Source: Trichormus sp. ATA11-4-KO1 (GTDB taxonomy: Bacteria > Cyanobacteriota > Cyanobacteriia > Cyanobacteriales > Nostocaceae). Taken from it: 64,000 nt of DNA. The stretch covers positions 1 through 64,000 of the forward strand of contig JAHHIM010000023.1 of NCBI GenBank assembly GCA_019358915.1, given 5' to 3'. The notes below the pieces were generated by a model. It did no database searches. It had not been told where the DNA came from and was given only the letters and a program-made list of their open reading frames with translations. Both the position numbers and the translations under genes were made by a program. Shown here in pieces: positions 10,152 to 18,966 of the stretch (position 1 is the first letter of the stretch; every line of letters starts with the position of its first letter).

Positions 10152-11003
10152 ATGATTAAAAGCCCTCTCCGTTATCCTGGTGGTAAATCTAAAGCAATAA
10201 ATCAAATAATTAAATATTTACCAGAAGGCTTTTCCGAATTTAGAGAACCTTTTGTAGGCGGGGGTTCTGTATTTATTTATTTAAAACAAAAATTTCCGGA
10301 ACTGAAGATTTGGATTAATGATTTAAATTGTGAATTATTCCTTTTTTGGAAGTTTGCTCAGTCTGATTTGTCGCAATTAGTTACAGAAATTCGCCGTATT
10401 AAAGATAAATATCAAGATGGTAAATTGATATTTACAGAATTGACCAGTGTAAATATCAATAATCTGTCTGATTTTGAAAGAGCAATTCGCTTTTTTGTAC
10501 TTAATAGAATCACCTTCTCTGGAACTGTAGAATCCGGTGGTTTTTCTCAAGAAGCTTTTCATCAAAGGTTCACTTATTCTTCAATTGAACGTCTGGAAAA
10601 ATTAGAAAGTATTTTAACAGAAAATGTCAAAATTACTAATTTAGACTACAGTGATTTATTAACTAGTGAAGACAAAGACATATTTATATTTTTAGATCCG
10701 CCCTATTTTAGTGCTACTAAATCAAAATTATATGGCAAAAATGGTGACTTACATAGCATTTTTGATCATCAGAGATTTGCTGAGATTTTAAAACAATCTC
10801 ATCATCAATGGCTAATCACTTACGATGACTCACCACAAATTCGAGAAAATTTTCAATGGGCAAATATCTCCCAGTGGGAATTGCAGTATGGCATGAATAA
10901 CTACAAACAAAGTCGTGCTGCTAAGGGGAAAGAGCTATTCCTGAGTAACTATAAAATTCCCAATAATTTAACAGCATGTTTGAAAAGTTTTGGGCGAATA
11001 TAA
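10152..11003 (+). CDS. DNA adenine methyltransferase, D12/Dam family; no adjacent endonuclease
   Basis: SPLRYPGGKS, EPFVGGGSV (motif I), IND, FLDPPY (motif IV), ITYD. Confidence 0.9.
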   Translation: MIKSPLRYPGGKSKAINQIIKYLPEGFSEFREPFVGGGSVFIYLKQKFPELKIWINDLNCELFLFWKFAQSDLSQLVTEIRRIKDKYQDGKLIFTELTSVNINNLSDFERAIRFFVLNRITFSGTVESGGFSQEAFHQRFTYSSIERLEKLESILTENVKITNLDYSDLLTSEDKDIFIFLDPPYFSATKSKLYGKNGDLHSIFDHQRFAEILKQSHHQWLITYDDSPQIRENFQWANISQWELQYGMNNYKQSRAAKGKELFLSNYKIPNNLTACLKSFGRI

Positions 11004-11008
11004 TAGCA

Positions 11009-11066
11009 GCCCACGGATGCCGCAGGCTGTACGCTACTACACAAACTAAGTCCGCCTACGACGAAT
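11009..11066. repeat. Small dispersed repeat, related to the copy at 57878-57937 on the opposite strand
   Basis: CGGATGCCGC-AGGCTGTACG..CTACACAAACTAAGTCCGCCT is a near match to the reverse complement of 57878-57937. Confidence 0.7.
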
Positions 11067-11102
11067 CTCTCTCTCCCAGCCTCCCTATCCTGCAAGGCTA
11101 CG

Positions 11103-11215
11103 GTGTACACACAAGTTTGCCCAGAGCGAGTTTCCAGCCAAAAAAGGTGGATTCAAACTGCTCAAGCCCCCCACAACTGCTTCTGTTATTACTTTACTTG
11201 CACTTGTGTGTACAC
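11103..11215. mobile_element. MITE-like element with 14-bp terminal inverted repeats
   Basis: GTGTACACACAAGT (11103-11116) and ACTTGTGTGTACAC (11202-11215); a related half end (GGCTACGGTGTACA on the minus strand) lies near 30324-30337. Confidence 0.55.
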
Positions 11216-11341
11216 GTTAGGTTCACTCAGCGATAGGTTATTTTTTTATTTGTCAGTCCCTAAGGAGCTACTACTAACCTTCCCCACAAGCTATAAAGTA
11301 TGTGTAGATGGAACATCAACCATATCGAGAAAAAAATCTGT

Positions 11342-11809
11342 ATGACAAGCTACCAAGAAACCTTATTTAGTAATGAGCTAAACATGGATACAGTGAGCGT
11401 CAAGCATTTAGAAGTCATTGAAAATGTCATCAGTAGTCTGGAACAAGATGACAGTGCGATGGTGAGCCATACCCCAGAGAATGGTTATCTCTGGAAGTTT
11501 AAGTACGGTACTGTAGAAGTGTTTGTCCAACTTACTGGTACAAGTGATGAAGATACCATCACTGTTTGGTCTGCGGTGCTACATTTACCCGCAAAAGATG
11601 AATCCAAGTTAATGCGGCATCTTTTAGAAATGAACTGCTCCAACACCTTAGAAGCCCGTTTCGGGATTATTGAAAACCGTGTAGTTGTTATATCGACACG
11701 CACTCTCGAAGAATTGTCGCCTGCTGAAGTCTCACGGCTAATTACCATTGTGGCTACCATTGCTGACGAGAACGATGAAGTCTTACAATCTCAGTTTGGC
11801 TCCCCCTAG
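11342..11809 (+). CDS. YbjN-domain (CesT-like chaperone fold) protein
   Basis: WKFKYGTVEVFVQL, LMRHLLEMN, ARFGI..VV..R; start placed at ATG 11342. Confidence 0.75.
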   Translation: MTSYQETLFSNELNMDTVSVKHLEVIENVISSLEQDDSAMVSHTPENGYLWKFKYGTVEVFVQLTGTSDEDTITVWSAVLHLPAKDESKLMRHLLEMNCSNTLEARFGIIENRVVVISTRTLEELSPAEVSRLITIVATIADENDEVLQSQFGSP

Positions 11810-11836
11810 GCTTTAGCCTTTGAGCTAATCCAAACC

Positions 11837-12607
11837 GTGTTGCTTGCACTCCTCTCATATTCAGTGTTGAACTCAATTGAAAACTACGGTAAGCAGGCTT
11901 GGCGACTGATTCCTTTGCTAAATGCTTCTGGTAATGTGCAGATGGCGATTGACCGTTGGTTGTTAGAACAGCACCAATCTGGAAAGCACCCCCCGACTTT
12001 GCGATTTTATACTTGGTCGCCACCTGCCATTTCTCTGGGCTATCATCAACGCCAATACCCCGAATGTTGGCAAAATTTTATTTGGCGAGATCAGCAACTA
12101 GATTTGGTACGGCGTCCTACAGGCGGTAGGGCGGTGCTACATCAAGGTGATTTAACTTACGCTGTAATTACATCTGGAATAGCTGGTAGCCGCCTTCAGA
12201 TATACGAGAAAATTTGTGAGTTTTTAATCCAAGGATGGCGATCGCTCGGCGTAGAATTGCGCTACGGTACAGCTGGACGAGGCTATATCCATAATCCCAA
12301 CTGTTTTGGTACTGCTACGGGTGCAGATTTAGTTTTGCTAGATGGAGCAAAACTCATTGGTAGCGCCCAACTGCGACGAGGGGAGGCAATTTTACAACAT
12401 GGTTCTATGCGTTTACAACCGGATGCTGCCCTGTTTGCTCAAGTTTTCAATACAGAATCTTTGACAACTGCGCTAATACCTCAAAACCTAAGTTTAGAAA
12501 AAATTATTGCAGCTTTAATTGCAGCTGCTTGTGATTGTTTTGTGATGCAGATAGAGGTACAACCTCTCTCTCAATTTGAATGGGAAGCAATATTAGCAAA
12601 ACTTTAG
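11837..12607 (+). CDS. Lipoate-protein ligase A / octanoyltransferase family protein
   Basis: QMAIDRWLL, PTLRFYTW, SLGYHQ, VRRPTGGRAVLH, KLIGSAQ, LQHGS; start uncertain. Confidence 0.85.
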   Translation: MLLALLSYSVLNSIENYGKQAWRLIPLLNASGNVQMAIDRWLLEQHQSGKHPPTLRFYTWSPPAISLGYHQRQYPECWQNFIWRDQQLDLVRRPTGGRAVLHQGDLTYAVITSGIAGSRLQIYEKICEFLIQGWRSLGVELRYGTAGRGYIHNPNCFGTATGADLVLLDGAKLIGSAQLRRGEAILQHGSMRLQPDAALFAQVFNTESLTTALIPQNLSLEKIIAALIAAACDCFVMQIEVQPLSQFEWEAILAKL

Positions 12608-12720
12608 CGGTTGCGCCCCAACCGTTAACTAGAGCAGCAGATGAAATAATCTTCCTATAAAACGGGAAAACTATGGTTACCCCCGCATGGGGGAATTTGA
12701 TGTAAGTCCCCAATAGGAAA

Positions 12721-13332
12721 ATGCTCCAAAAATCTCTATTTAATCGTTTAATTTGGCCTTTTTTTCTAGTTCCCTGGCTATACGTGGGCATGTTGTTTGA
12801 TTCAAAGGCTGATGCGTTACCAGGGCAAAGCACAGAAGAAGTAACTACTTGGATGAAAGCACATCCGACATTACGCCCTAGGGCTGGGGAAAAATTGTAT
12901 GTGCAAAAGAGTGATACAGCTGCCCAGCGATTCACGTTTCAAGCTTCGGTGTTAGCTCCTGGTAAGGTGACATTTACTAAAGACCGCAGCCAGATTCGTA
13001 GTGAGCGCCTGACTATGTATGATGCCATTAATGGCATGAGTTTTCAACGTCTGCAAGAATCCCTGCGGGTGATTTATGGCTTAGATATTTATCAAGACTT
13101 TAATCGCGCTCAAGTAGTATACGAGTATCCTAATCAGAGTGCCATTAACTCGGCTCGTATGGCTAGAACTCCCATTAGGGAAGCTTTACAGGGAGAATTG
13201 CGTGTAGGCGATCGCTATGCCTATTGGCTGGAAATTGCCCAACCACAAGGAGGCAAAGCTTTTACAGGTCAAATGACGATTTTACTCAAAGGTGACCTAG
13301 ATAAGTTGGAATCTGAATTGCGGACTCGCTAA
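12721..13332 (+). CDS. Hypothetical exported protein
   Basis: 203-aa ORF with an N-terminal hydrophobic signal ending ADA-LPGQ. Confidence 0.7.
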   Translation: MLQKSLFNRLIWPFFLVPWLYVGMLFDSKADALPGQSTEEVTTWMKAHPTLRPRAGEKLYVQKSDTAAQRFTFQASVLAPGKVTFTKDRSQIRSERLTMYDAINGMSFQRLQESLRVIYGLDIYQDFNRAQVVYEYPNQSAINSARMARTPIREALQGELRVGDRYAYWLEIAQPQGGKAFTGQMTILLKGDLDKLESELRTR

Positions 13333-13384
13333 TAGTTGGCATTTACTGTGGGTTAGGCTGAACCTAGCGTGCGGCAAGTCGCTT

Positions 13385-13753
13385 CTATAATCCTCCTAAG
13401 CCAACTGGAGTTGGGGTTTGCCACACGCCAGAAAAGATGCTTTCTGTTGCTAGGGAAATTCTCAGTAAATCTTCTTTCAGCAGAGGCGGCCAATCAACCC
13501 CAGCTTTGCGTCCCGCTACAAATATCTGTTGCGCCTTAACACCTAACTGATAAAGAGCAAAAGCTAATTCTCGGTCAAGATTGGGCGCTTCTTTCATGGA
13601 TTCAAACACAACTTTCAACGCTAACAAAATTGAGGTAATCTGACCGGGTATCGGTGGTTTTCCCAGTTTCATCCGCATTAATAAGGCATCTGGGTTGTCC
13701 TCAGTTGTTAGTGTCTGGGCTACCAGGAGTTTGCGAGCTGTTTCGTAATTCAT
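13385..13753 (-). CDS. Hypothetical protein, 122 aa
   Basis: ATG-started ORF with normal composition filling the gap; no recognisable catalytic motif. Confidence 0.7.
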   Translation of the reverse strand: MNYETARKLLVAQTLTTEDNPDALLMRMKLGKPPIPGQITSILLALKVVFESMKEAPNLDRELAFALYQLGVKAQQIFVAGRKAGVDWPPLLKEDLLRISLATESIFSGVWQTPTPVGLGGL

Positions 13754-13802
13754 GTATCCAGCTTATCTTAGTTGTTAGCACAGCAAGAGTACCTGACTTG
13801 AA

Positions 13803-13928
13803 AAAGTGCTGAGTGCTGTAGACGCTGCTGCGGCTTCCTGCAGGGTGGAGCCACTGACGGGTACGTAGGGGTCTTCCCCGCCGCAGGATGCACGCAGCGC
13901 TGTAGTGGAGCATGTGGTGTTGCTGAGT
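13803..13928. repeat. GTGCTGA heptamer repeat interrupted by nested GC-rich small dispersed repeats
   Basis: AAGTGCTGAGTGCTG...[GC-rich palindromic units]...TGCTGAGT. Confidence 0.55.
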
Positions 13929-14031
13929 AAAATATACTAGTTTCTAGTCCCTAGTTTCTAGCCTCTTTTTCATTTGTTCTGGTGTACACAGTTCATGACG
14001 GCTACATACAAATTACTATGAGGATGTCACT

Positions 14032-15555
14032 TTAATTTCTATGCCTAGATTTTGCTTCTATTTGTCTCACAACTGTTAACGCTGAATAACTTACCCCAGC
14101 TGTACCTTCTCCTGGATGGGTTGAATCACCAACTAACCACAGCTGATTGATTGGTGTGCGATTGGCAAAACCAAAAGGGCCAAAGGTAGGTATTCTTTGA
14201 CCAATACCGCCAACTATACCGCGATCGCGGGCTGTGTAATGAGCAAAGGTACGAGGTGTTGCTGCTTCTAGATGCATGATTGTTTCTGGCTTTAGATAAA
14301 AGTATTGCGAAAGACGAGCGATCGCCTGTTGTGTATACTTGTGTTTGAGCCATTGATAATCTTGATGCCACCACGGTGTCGGATCGACAAAAGAAGAAGC
14401 AATAACTGTCGCTTTCCCATCTGGTGCGCGTCCGTCTCCCGGATGGCTGACGGAAACAAACAGAGAATTGTTCTCGCCAACGGGGCCGTTGGCATCATAC
14501 ATAAATTGCAGGTGGGGCGGACACTCAAGCGGGATGGCACTGGCATCTACGCCTAAATAAATAACAAATGCACCTGACGCTGGGGGTAATTTTTTTACAC
14601 GGTTTTTATACCCAGATGGTGCCTTTTCACCTAACAATTGCACTAAGTTTTGCACAGTGACGTTAGCAACTACATGATCTACGGCTTCTGTCCAGACTTC
14701 CCCTGTTTTTTGGTTTCTAATAACTACAGCACTGGCTTGATTATTTTCTACCTGGATATGTTCTACGGTATGGCGCATGAATAACTTACCGCAGTCTCTT
14801 TCTAAAGCTTGTACCAGGCGATCGCTTAGTACCTGCATACTACCTTGGAGATGAAATAATCCTTGAGGTAATTGGGATACACTCAAGGCGGTGGCTGCAT
14901 AAAGTAAAGCTGTTTCCTCGGCGTTAACTTGGGAATAAAGCTTTAATTGTAAATCCAAAAATGTTCTTAGGCGATGATCATTACCCAGTCCGTAGAACCT
15001 CAAAGCATCTCCGACAGTAAATAAGGTATAGGGTACGGTAATTAATGTACTAGGGCGCACCGCCTGAGTTAGCTGCCATAAATCCCACAAATTACGTGGT
15101 GGTAGCACCGGATCACGTCCTTGGAATTCCCAACTAGCCTCAAATAACACCGCCATCATCTGCCAAAAAGGTTCGCTACCAGGAAATTGTTTTTGGCGTT
15201 CCTCTCGCCATTTCTTGGGGTCGCGCCAGACATTAATTGGTGTACTTTCTCCAGGTAAATACACAGCACAAGCCGGATCACAAGGCGTGGCCTCTGGTAA
15301 ATTTATGGCTAATTCTGAAAATATCCGGTGATGAATTCCTCCTGGTTCCAATCCAGCGACCTGAGTCGCACCGACATCAAAGGTAAATCCTCGACGTTTA
15401 AATGTAGAAGCACAACCCCCCGGAACCAGGGCTTGATCTAGAACTAAAACGCTGTAACCTCGATGGGCTAATAATGCCGCAGCCGTCAGTCCACCTATCC
15501 CCGCACCAATTACAGCGACACGGGATTTGGTTTTGTCAATAGAAATATGAGACAT
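14032..15555 (-). CDS. crtD: C-3',4' carotenoid desaturase CrtD (myxol glycoside pathway)
   Basis: FAD motif VIGAGIGGL, PGGCASTF, FDVGATQVAG, C-terminal VGDSTHPGEGTAGVSYSA. Confidence 0.85.
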   Translation of the reverse strand: MSHISIDKTKSRVAVIGAGIGGLTAAALLAHRGYSVLVLDQALVPGGCASTFKRRGFTFDVGATQVAGLEPGGIHHRIFSELAINLPEATPCDPACAVYLPGESTPINVWRDPKKWREERQKQFPGSEPFWQMMAVLFEASWEFQGRDPVLPPRNLWDLWQLTQAVRPSTLITVPYTLFTVGDALRFYGLGNDHRLRTFLDLQLKLYSQVNAEETALLYAATALSVSQLPQGLFHLQGSMQVLSDRLVQALERDCGKLFMRHTVEHIQVENNQASAVVIRNQKTGEVWTEAVDHVVANVTVQNLVQLLGEKAPSGYKNRVKKLPPASGAFVIYLGVDASAIPLECPPHLQFMYDANGPVGENNSLFVSVSHPGDGRAPDGKATVIASSFVDPTPWWHQDYQWLKHKYTQQAIARLSQYFYLKPETIMHLEAATPRTFAHYTARDRGIVGGIGQRIPTFGPFGFANRTPINQLWLVGDSTHPGEGTAGVSYSALTVVRQIEAKSRHRN

Positions 15556-15649
15556 TAATATTTATCTTTACATATGCCTAATGTAAATTAAAAATAGAAG
15601 TAGCGGCAGTCAGAAGATAAAATTTACTAGCAATTCATTTAGCTGAACT

Positions 15650-15910
15650 ATGGCCAAGCCAAACGTTCCACTCACACAAGACGCACTGATAAAAGAAGTC
15701 TGTCGCCGGATTCGAGTAGCTCGCAGCTATTGGGATGCCCACAATAATGGTGCCTGTCGCCATGAACGCGATCGCGCCTTAGCCCTTTACAATACACTGA
15801 CTAAGGAACAAAAACAGCAGATTCCGCAAGCGTTGCGGGTATGGCTGCGCTATCGTAGTGAGAAATACTTTGGCGCACACCGAACACCGCCCAAGTCGGC
15901 ACGCAAATAA
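15650..15910 (+). CDS. Small hypothetical protein, 86 aa
   Basis: ATG-started ORF divergent from crtD (ARSYWDAHNN...LRVWLRYRSEKYFG). Confidence 0.65.
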   Translation: MAKPNVPLTQDALIKEVCRRIRVARSYWDAHNNGACRHERDRALALYNTLTKEQKQQIPQALRVWLRYRSEKYFGAHRTPPKSARK

Positions 15911-16127
15911 TTAAATAATTGATATGCTACGTGATCGCAGTGCACAAGCTAGGCGATCGCCCTAAAGCAATTCTCCCAAACGCTGTTTCAACTGTTGTCT
16001 GAATCAATCTCCGTTGACTTGAGTATGATGTCCAAAGTTAAGAGCGCAGGGCTATTAAAACGTATTTCTGCACAAGCCTAATCACTCAAAGAAAGCTTTT
16101 TTACATAACTAAATCCTGAAATTGTGA

Positions 16128-16361
16128 CTGTGGCAAACCTTTGAAAATCGCTTCAGTTGGTTTCGGTTGCAGTCTGAAGAATTTGTTCTCATCGAGCCAG
16201 ATGAGTCAGGTGTAATTCGCAGTAGCACTTTTCCAGAGCTGTGGCTAGCGGTGACGGCTTTGTTAGAAGGCAGAATGAGCGATGTGTTGAATACTCTGCA
16301 AACAGGGCTGACATCACCTGAGCATCAAGCCTTTGTGCAGAAACTGGCCGAGCGTCGCTGA
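16128..16361 (+). pseudogene. C-terminal remnant of a Uma2-family (DUF820) endonuclease gene
   Basis: WQTFENRFSWFRLQ...PDESGVIRSSTFPELWLAVTALL...EHQAFV resembles the Uma2 C-terminus; the N-terminal catalytic part is absent. Confidence 0.7.
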
Positions 16362-16528
16362 TGTGGGGCAATAGCAAACTAGGACTAGGATTGACCTAAT
16401 TATTTTGCTGATGTGAATACTGGTTGTGCAGTTAAACGCTGAGATAGAAACTGCTGTACTCTTAGCATTTCATCTGCCGCGATCGCTGGATAGGAAAGCA
16501 TCTCTATTTCACTTGCGATCAATCAATT

Positions 16529-16765
16529 TTAATAGTTGTTGCAGTAGATGTTGTGGTGTCACAAGAAAGTTCGATTATTGCCCGATTTGGTATCACTAAT
16601 ACTATTAGATAATTAGCACTATTCTCATTATTAACTTTACTAATTTGGACTTTAGAATCACTATCTGAATTTATTTATGATCGCCTGTGGCGTAATCTTG
16701 CCCAAACTATACAGAATGAGTTACGTCTTGATGCTTATAGTCACTTACAAGAACTTTACTATTAA
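16529..16765 (+). pseudogene. Internal fragment of an ABC exporter transmembrane domain with an in-frame stop
   Basis: Hand translation: [75 protein letters not shown]; not in the ORF track. Confidence 0.65.
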
Positions 16766-16833
16766 GATTGCTTGTTTTTGGCAACACAACCATCAAAATA
16801 AAGACAGTTGCCCAGGCGATACAGTCAACTGGC

Positions 16834-17496
16834 TTACAATAATCCCCGATAATGAATAAAAACCAAAATCACTGCCCACGACCCCAACGCAACTTTGACT
16901 GCAACTAAAATATTCAGCAAGGGGATCACCCCGCCACTAACCAGTGCGCCCAATGCTCCGTGGGGTAACTCCACTCCAGCCAGAGTTATCACCGCCAGTA
17001 CAATAAAAATCAGTACCGAAACTTTCTCCCACTTAGCAGCGTGCCAACGCTGGTAAATCTCTTGCATCCACTCAGGTGATGAGGTAATCGCCACCAGACC
17101 GATCGCCGTACCGCCCGCCACCCCGGCAGCAAAGCCACCGCCAGGACTCAAATGCCCCCGAATCGCTAGTTCAATACCCACTAAAGAGGCAATAGTTGCT
17201 CCCAGACGCGCCAAGATAATTGATGGTTCATCTGTAAACTGATAGATGGCGCAGAACAGTCTTTCATCAGCCAGCAAAAAACGGGCACCCATGACTGCGA
17301 TCGTAAATACTACCACCTCAAAGATAGTGTCATACAGCCGATTCCTGAGAATGATACCTGTAACCGCATTGGGTATTCCACTATCTTGTACAACCGATGC
17401 GACGATAGAGATATCCCCTAAGTCCGATGCTTGATTGGGCATGATCAGCAATATGAAGTACAGCGCTATTCCTGCTGCAATATAGACCCATTTCAT
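16834..17496 (-). CDS. mnhB: Mrp/Mnh Na+/H+ antiporter subunit B
   Basis: NAVTGIILRNRLYDTIFE, GHLSPGGGFAAG. Confidence 0.9.
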   Translation of the reverse strand: MKWVYIAAGIALYFILLIMPNQASDLGDISIVASVVQDSGIPNAVTGIILRNRLYDTIFEVVVFTIAVMGARFLLADERLFCAIYQFTDEPSIILARLGATIASLVGIELAIRGHLSPGGGFAAGVAGGTAIGLVAITSSPEWMQEIYQRWHAAKWEKVSVLIFIVLAVITLAGVELPHGALGALVSGGVIPLLNILVAVKVALGSWAVILVFIHYRGLL

Positions 17497-18062
17497 CGCT
17501 GTTTCTCCTCTGATGGTGTATTTACGTAGGTCAAGATTGTCACTGGTGACGAAAGCTCGGCTTGCATGATGTCATAGAGGCGTTGAACTCTGGTCGCAGT
17601 GTGATAGAGTTGCGCCTGGTCTGGCGGTGGGTGTAGCGATCGCCTGCTACAGATTGTGTGGACTTCTTTGTCCATCAATGCTCGGTGCAAGGCCTGCATA
17701 TTCGTATACGGAACTAGCTCAAGACGCACATAGTGTTTGCCAAAAATTGTGCGTAATTCATCCATCAATTGCCCAAATTGAGCATCTTCATCTGCCTCGC
17801 TCGACTCGTCTTTGATCACGCCAAGACGCATTACGAGCGATGAACGCACCGCGATCGCATACAGTGTAACTGCCAGCAGGGTACCCATCAATGCTTGGGT
17901 CAAAGCCACATCCGCCGCCCCCAAAACCGCAAATACCAATGCTGCCACAGCTCCCAGTATTCCCTGAATTACTAAGGCATTGTATGGATTAACTTGAAGT
18001 ACCAGCATGAACGCAGATAACGGCAGCAGAGCGGTGATGACATAGATATAACTATCATTCAT
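17493..18062 (-). CDS. Mrp/Mnh antiporter DUF4040 (MnhB/MrpA-related) subunit
   Basis: LGAADVALTQALMG motif; probable start ATG 18062 (MNDSYIY) overlapping the upstream gene's end. Confidence 0.8.
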   Translation of the reverse strand: MNDSYIYVITALLPLSAFMLVLQVNPYNALVIQGILGAVAALVFAVLGAADVALTQALMGTLLAVTLYAIAVRSSLVMRLGVIKDESSEADEDAQFGQLMDELRTIFGKHYVRLELVPYTNMQALHRALMDKEVHTICSRRSLHPPPDQAQLYHTATRVQRLYDIMQAELSSPVTILTYVNTPSEEKQR

Positions 18063-18333
18063 GGTCACCCTCACTGCTAGAACAGTACGCCAACACATAT
18101 CCCAGCACTGTATTCCAGATTGCCAAGGAGATGATGCTGAGGATAAGTAGAGGCCATTCACTGGGTATCTTCAGGAGTAGCCCAACAATGATACTCATTG
18201 AGCCGAGGGTATCTGCAACCGAAAGACTATGCAGCTTGAATAATACTGAGCGATTGCCCACCAGAGGCAAGGTTCCCCAAAACCAAAAGACGATGCCTAC
18301 ACCTATGCAGGTATAACTAAACAGGTCGGTCAT
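18055..18333 (-). CDS. mnhG: Mrp/Mnh antiporter subunit G
   Basis: KLHSLSVADTLG motif, three TM segments. Confidence 0.85.
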   Translation of the reverse strand: MTDLFSYTCIGVGIVFWFWGTLPLVGNRSVLFKLHSLSVADTLGSMSIIVGLLLKIPSEWPLLILSIISLAIWNTVLGYVLAYCSSSEGDHE

Positions 18334-18580
18334 AATTAATCATGCGTTTAAGTAGATGTGCTAACAACATTAGTCCGGCATTACCCACACTCAGGATAAT
18401 TACCCCGACAACACCGATCATCCAATCATCCCGTAAGACGGATACGACCAGGATCATAATTGATGTCTTGGTGGCAATACTGGCAAACGCCAACATTTTT
18501 TGCCAAATATCATCATCCTGCCAGGCTTCATAAATGGGTATGAGTAAGGCCAAAATCATTGCAATCAGTACCAGGTTCAC
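18317..18580 (-). CDS. mnhF: Mrp/Mnh antiporter subunit F-like
   Basis: 87-aa three-TM protein between subunits E and G. Confidence 0.75.
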   Translation of the reverse strand: MNLVLIAMILALLIPIYEAWQDDDIWQKMLAFASIATKTSIMILVVSVLRDDWMIGVVGVIILSVGNAGLMLLAHLLKRMINYDRPV

Positions 18581-18966
18581 GCCTTTTTTCTCCGTTTAAT
18601 CTGGTGTACTTCGTACCAGCCATGTTTGTGGTATTTCAAGACGATGGTCTTGGGTGTAAAGGTGATCAGAAATATATCCAGAAAAATGAGTCCGGGTGTT
18701 CGTTGGGGTTTGATTCGTTTCATGATCACATCTTCGTGGTTATGGGGACGGAAGATGATTTCAAATGCCTCAATATATGCCTGGGGAATCGCCACTATCA
18801 CCTCACCCAGCACACGCAGCCAATCCCTTAAGGCTTCCGGGACTTTTTGACGACCTGGCAATAAAAGTGCAACGCTAACACCGATAATGATGTTTGCCAG
18901 ACTCACATCAGAGGTGAGTAAAAACCAGATAGTTAGTCGCAATATTAAATTTAAGTGCCCAATCAT
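18577..18966 (-). CDS. mnhE: Mrp/Mnh antiporter subunit E
   Basis: IWFLLT, ITFTPKT motif, overlapping stop/start with neighbours. Confidence 0.85.
   Translation of the reverse strand: MIGHLNLILRLTIWFLLTSDVSLANIIIGVSVALLLPGRQKVPEALRDWLRVLGEVIVAIPQAYIEAFEIIFRPHNHEDVIMKRIKPQRTPGLIFLDIFLITFTPKTIVLKYHKHGWYEVHQIKRRKKA

Noticed and set aside
10152..11003. Complete type II restriction-modification system, or assignment to GATC specificity
   Set aside because: No endonuclease gene is adjacent and target specificity cannot be read from these motifs
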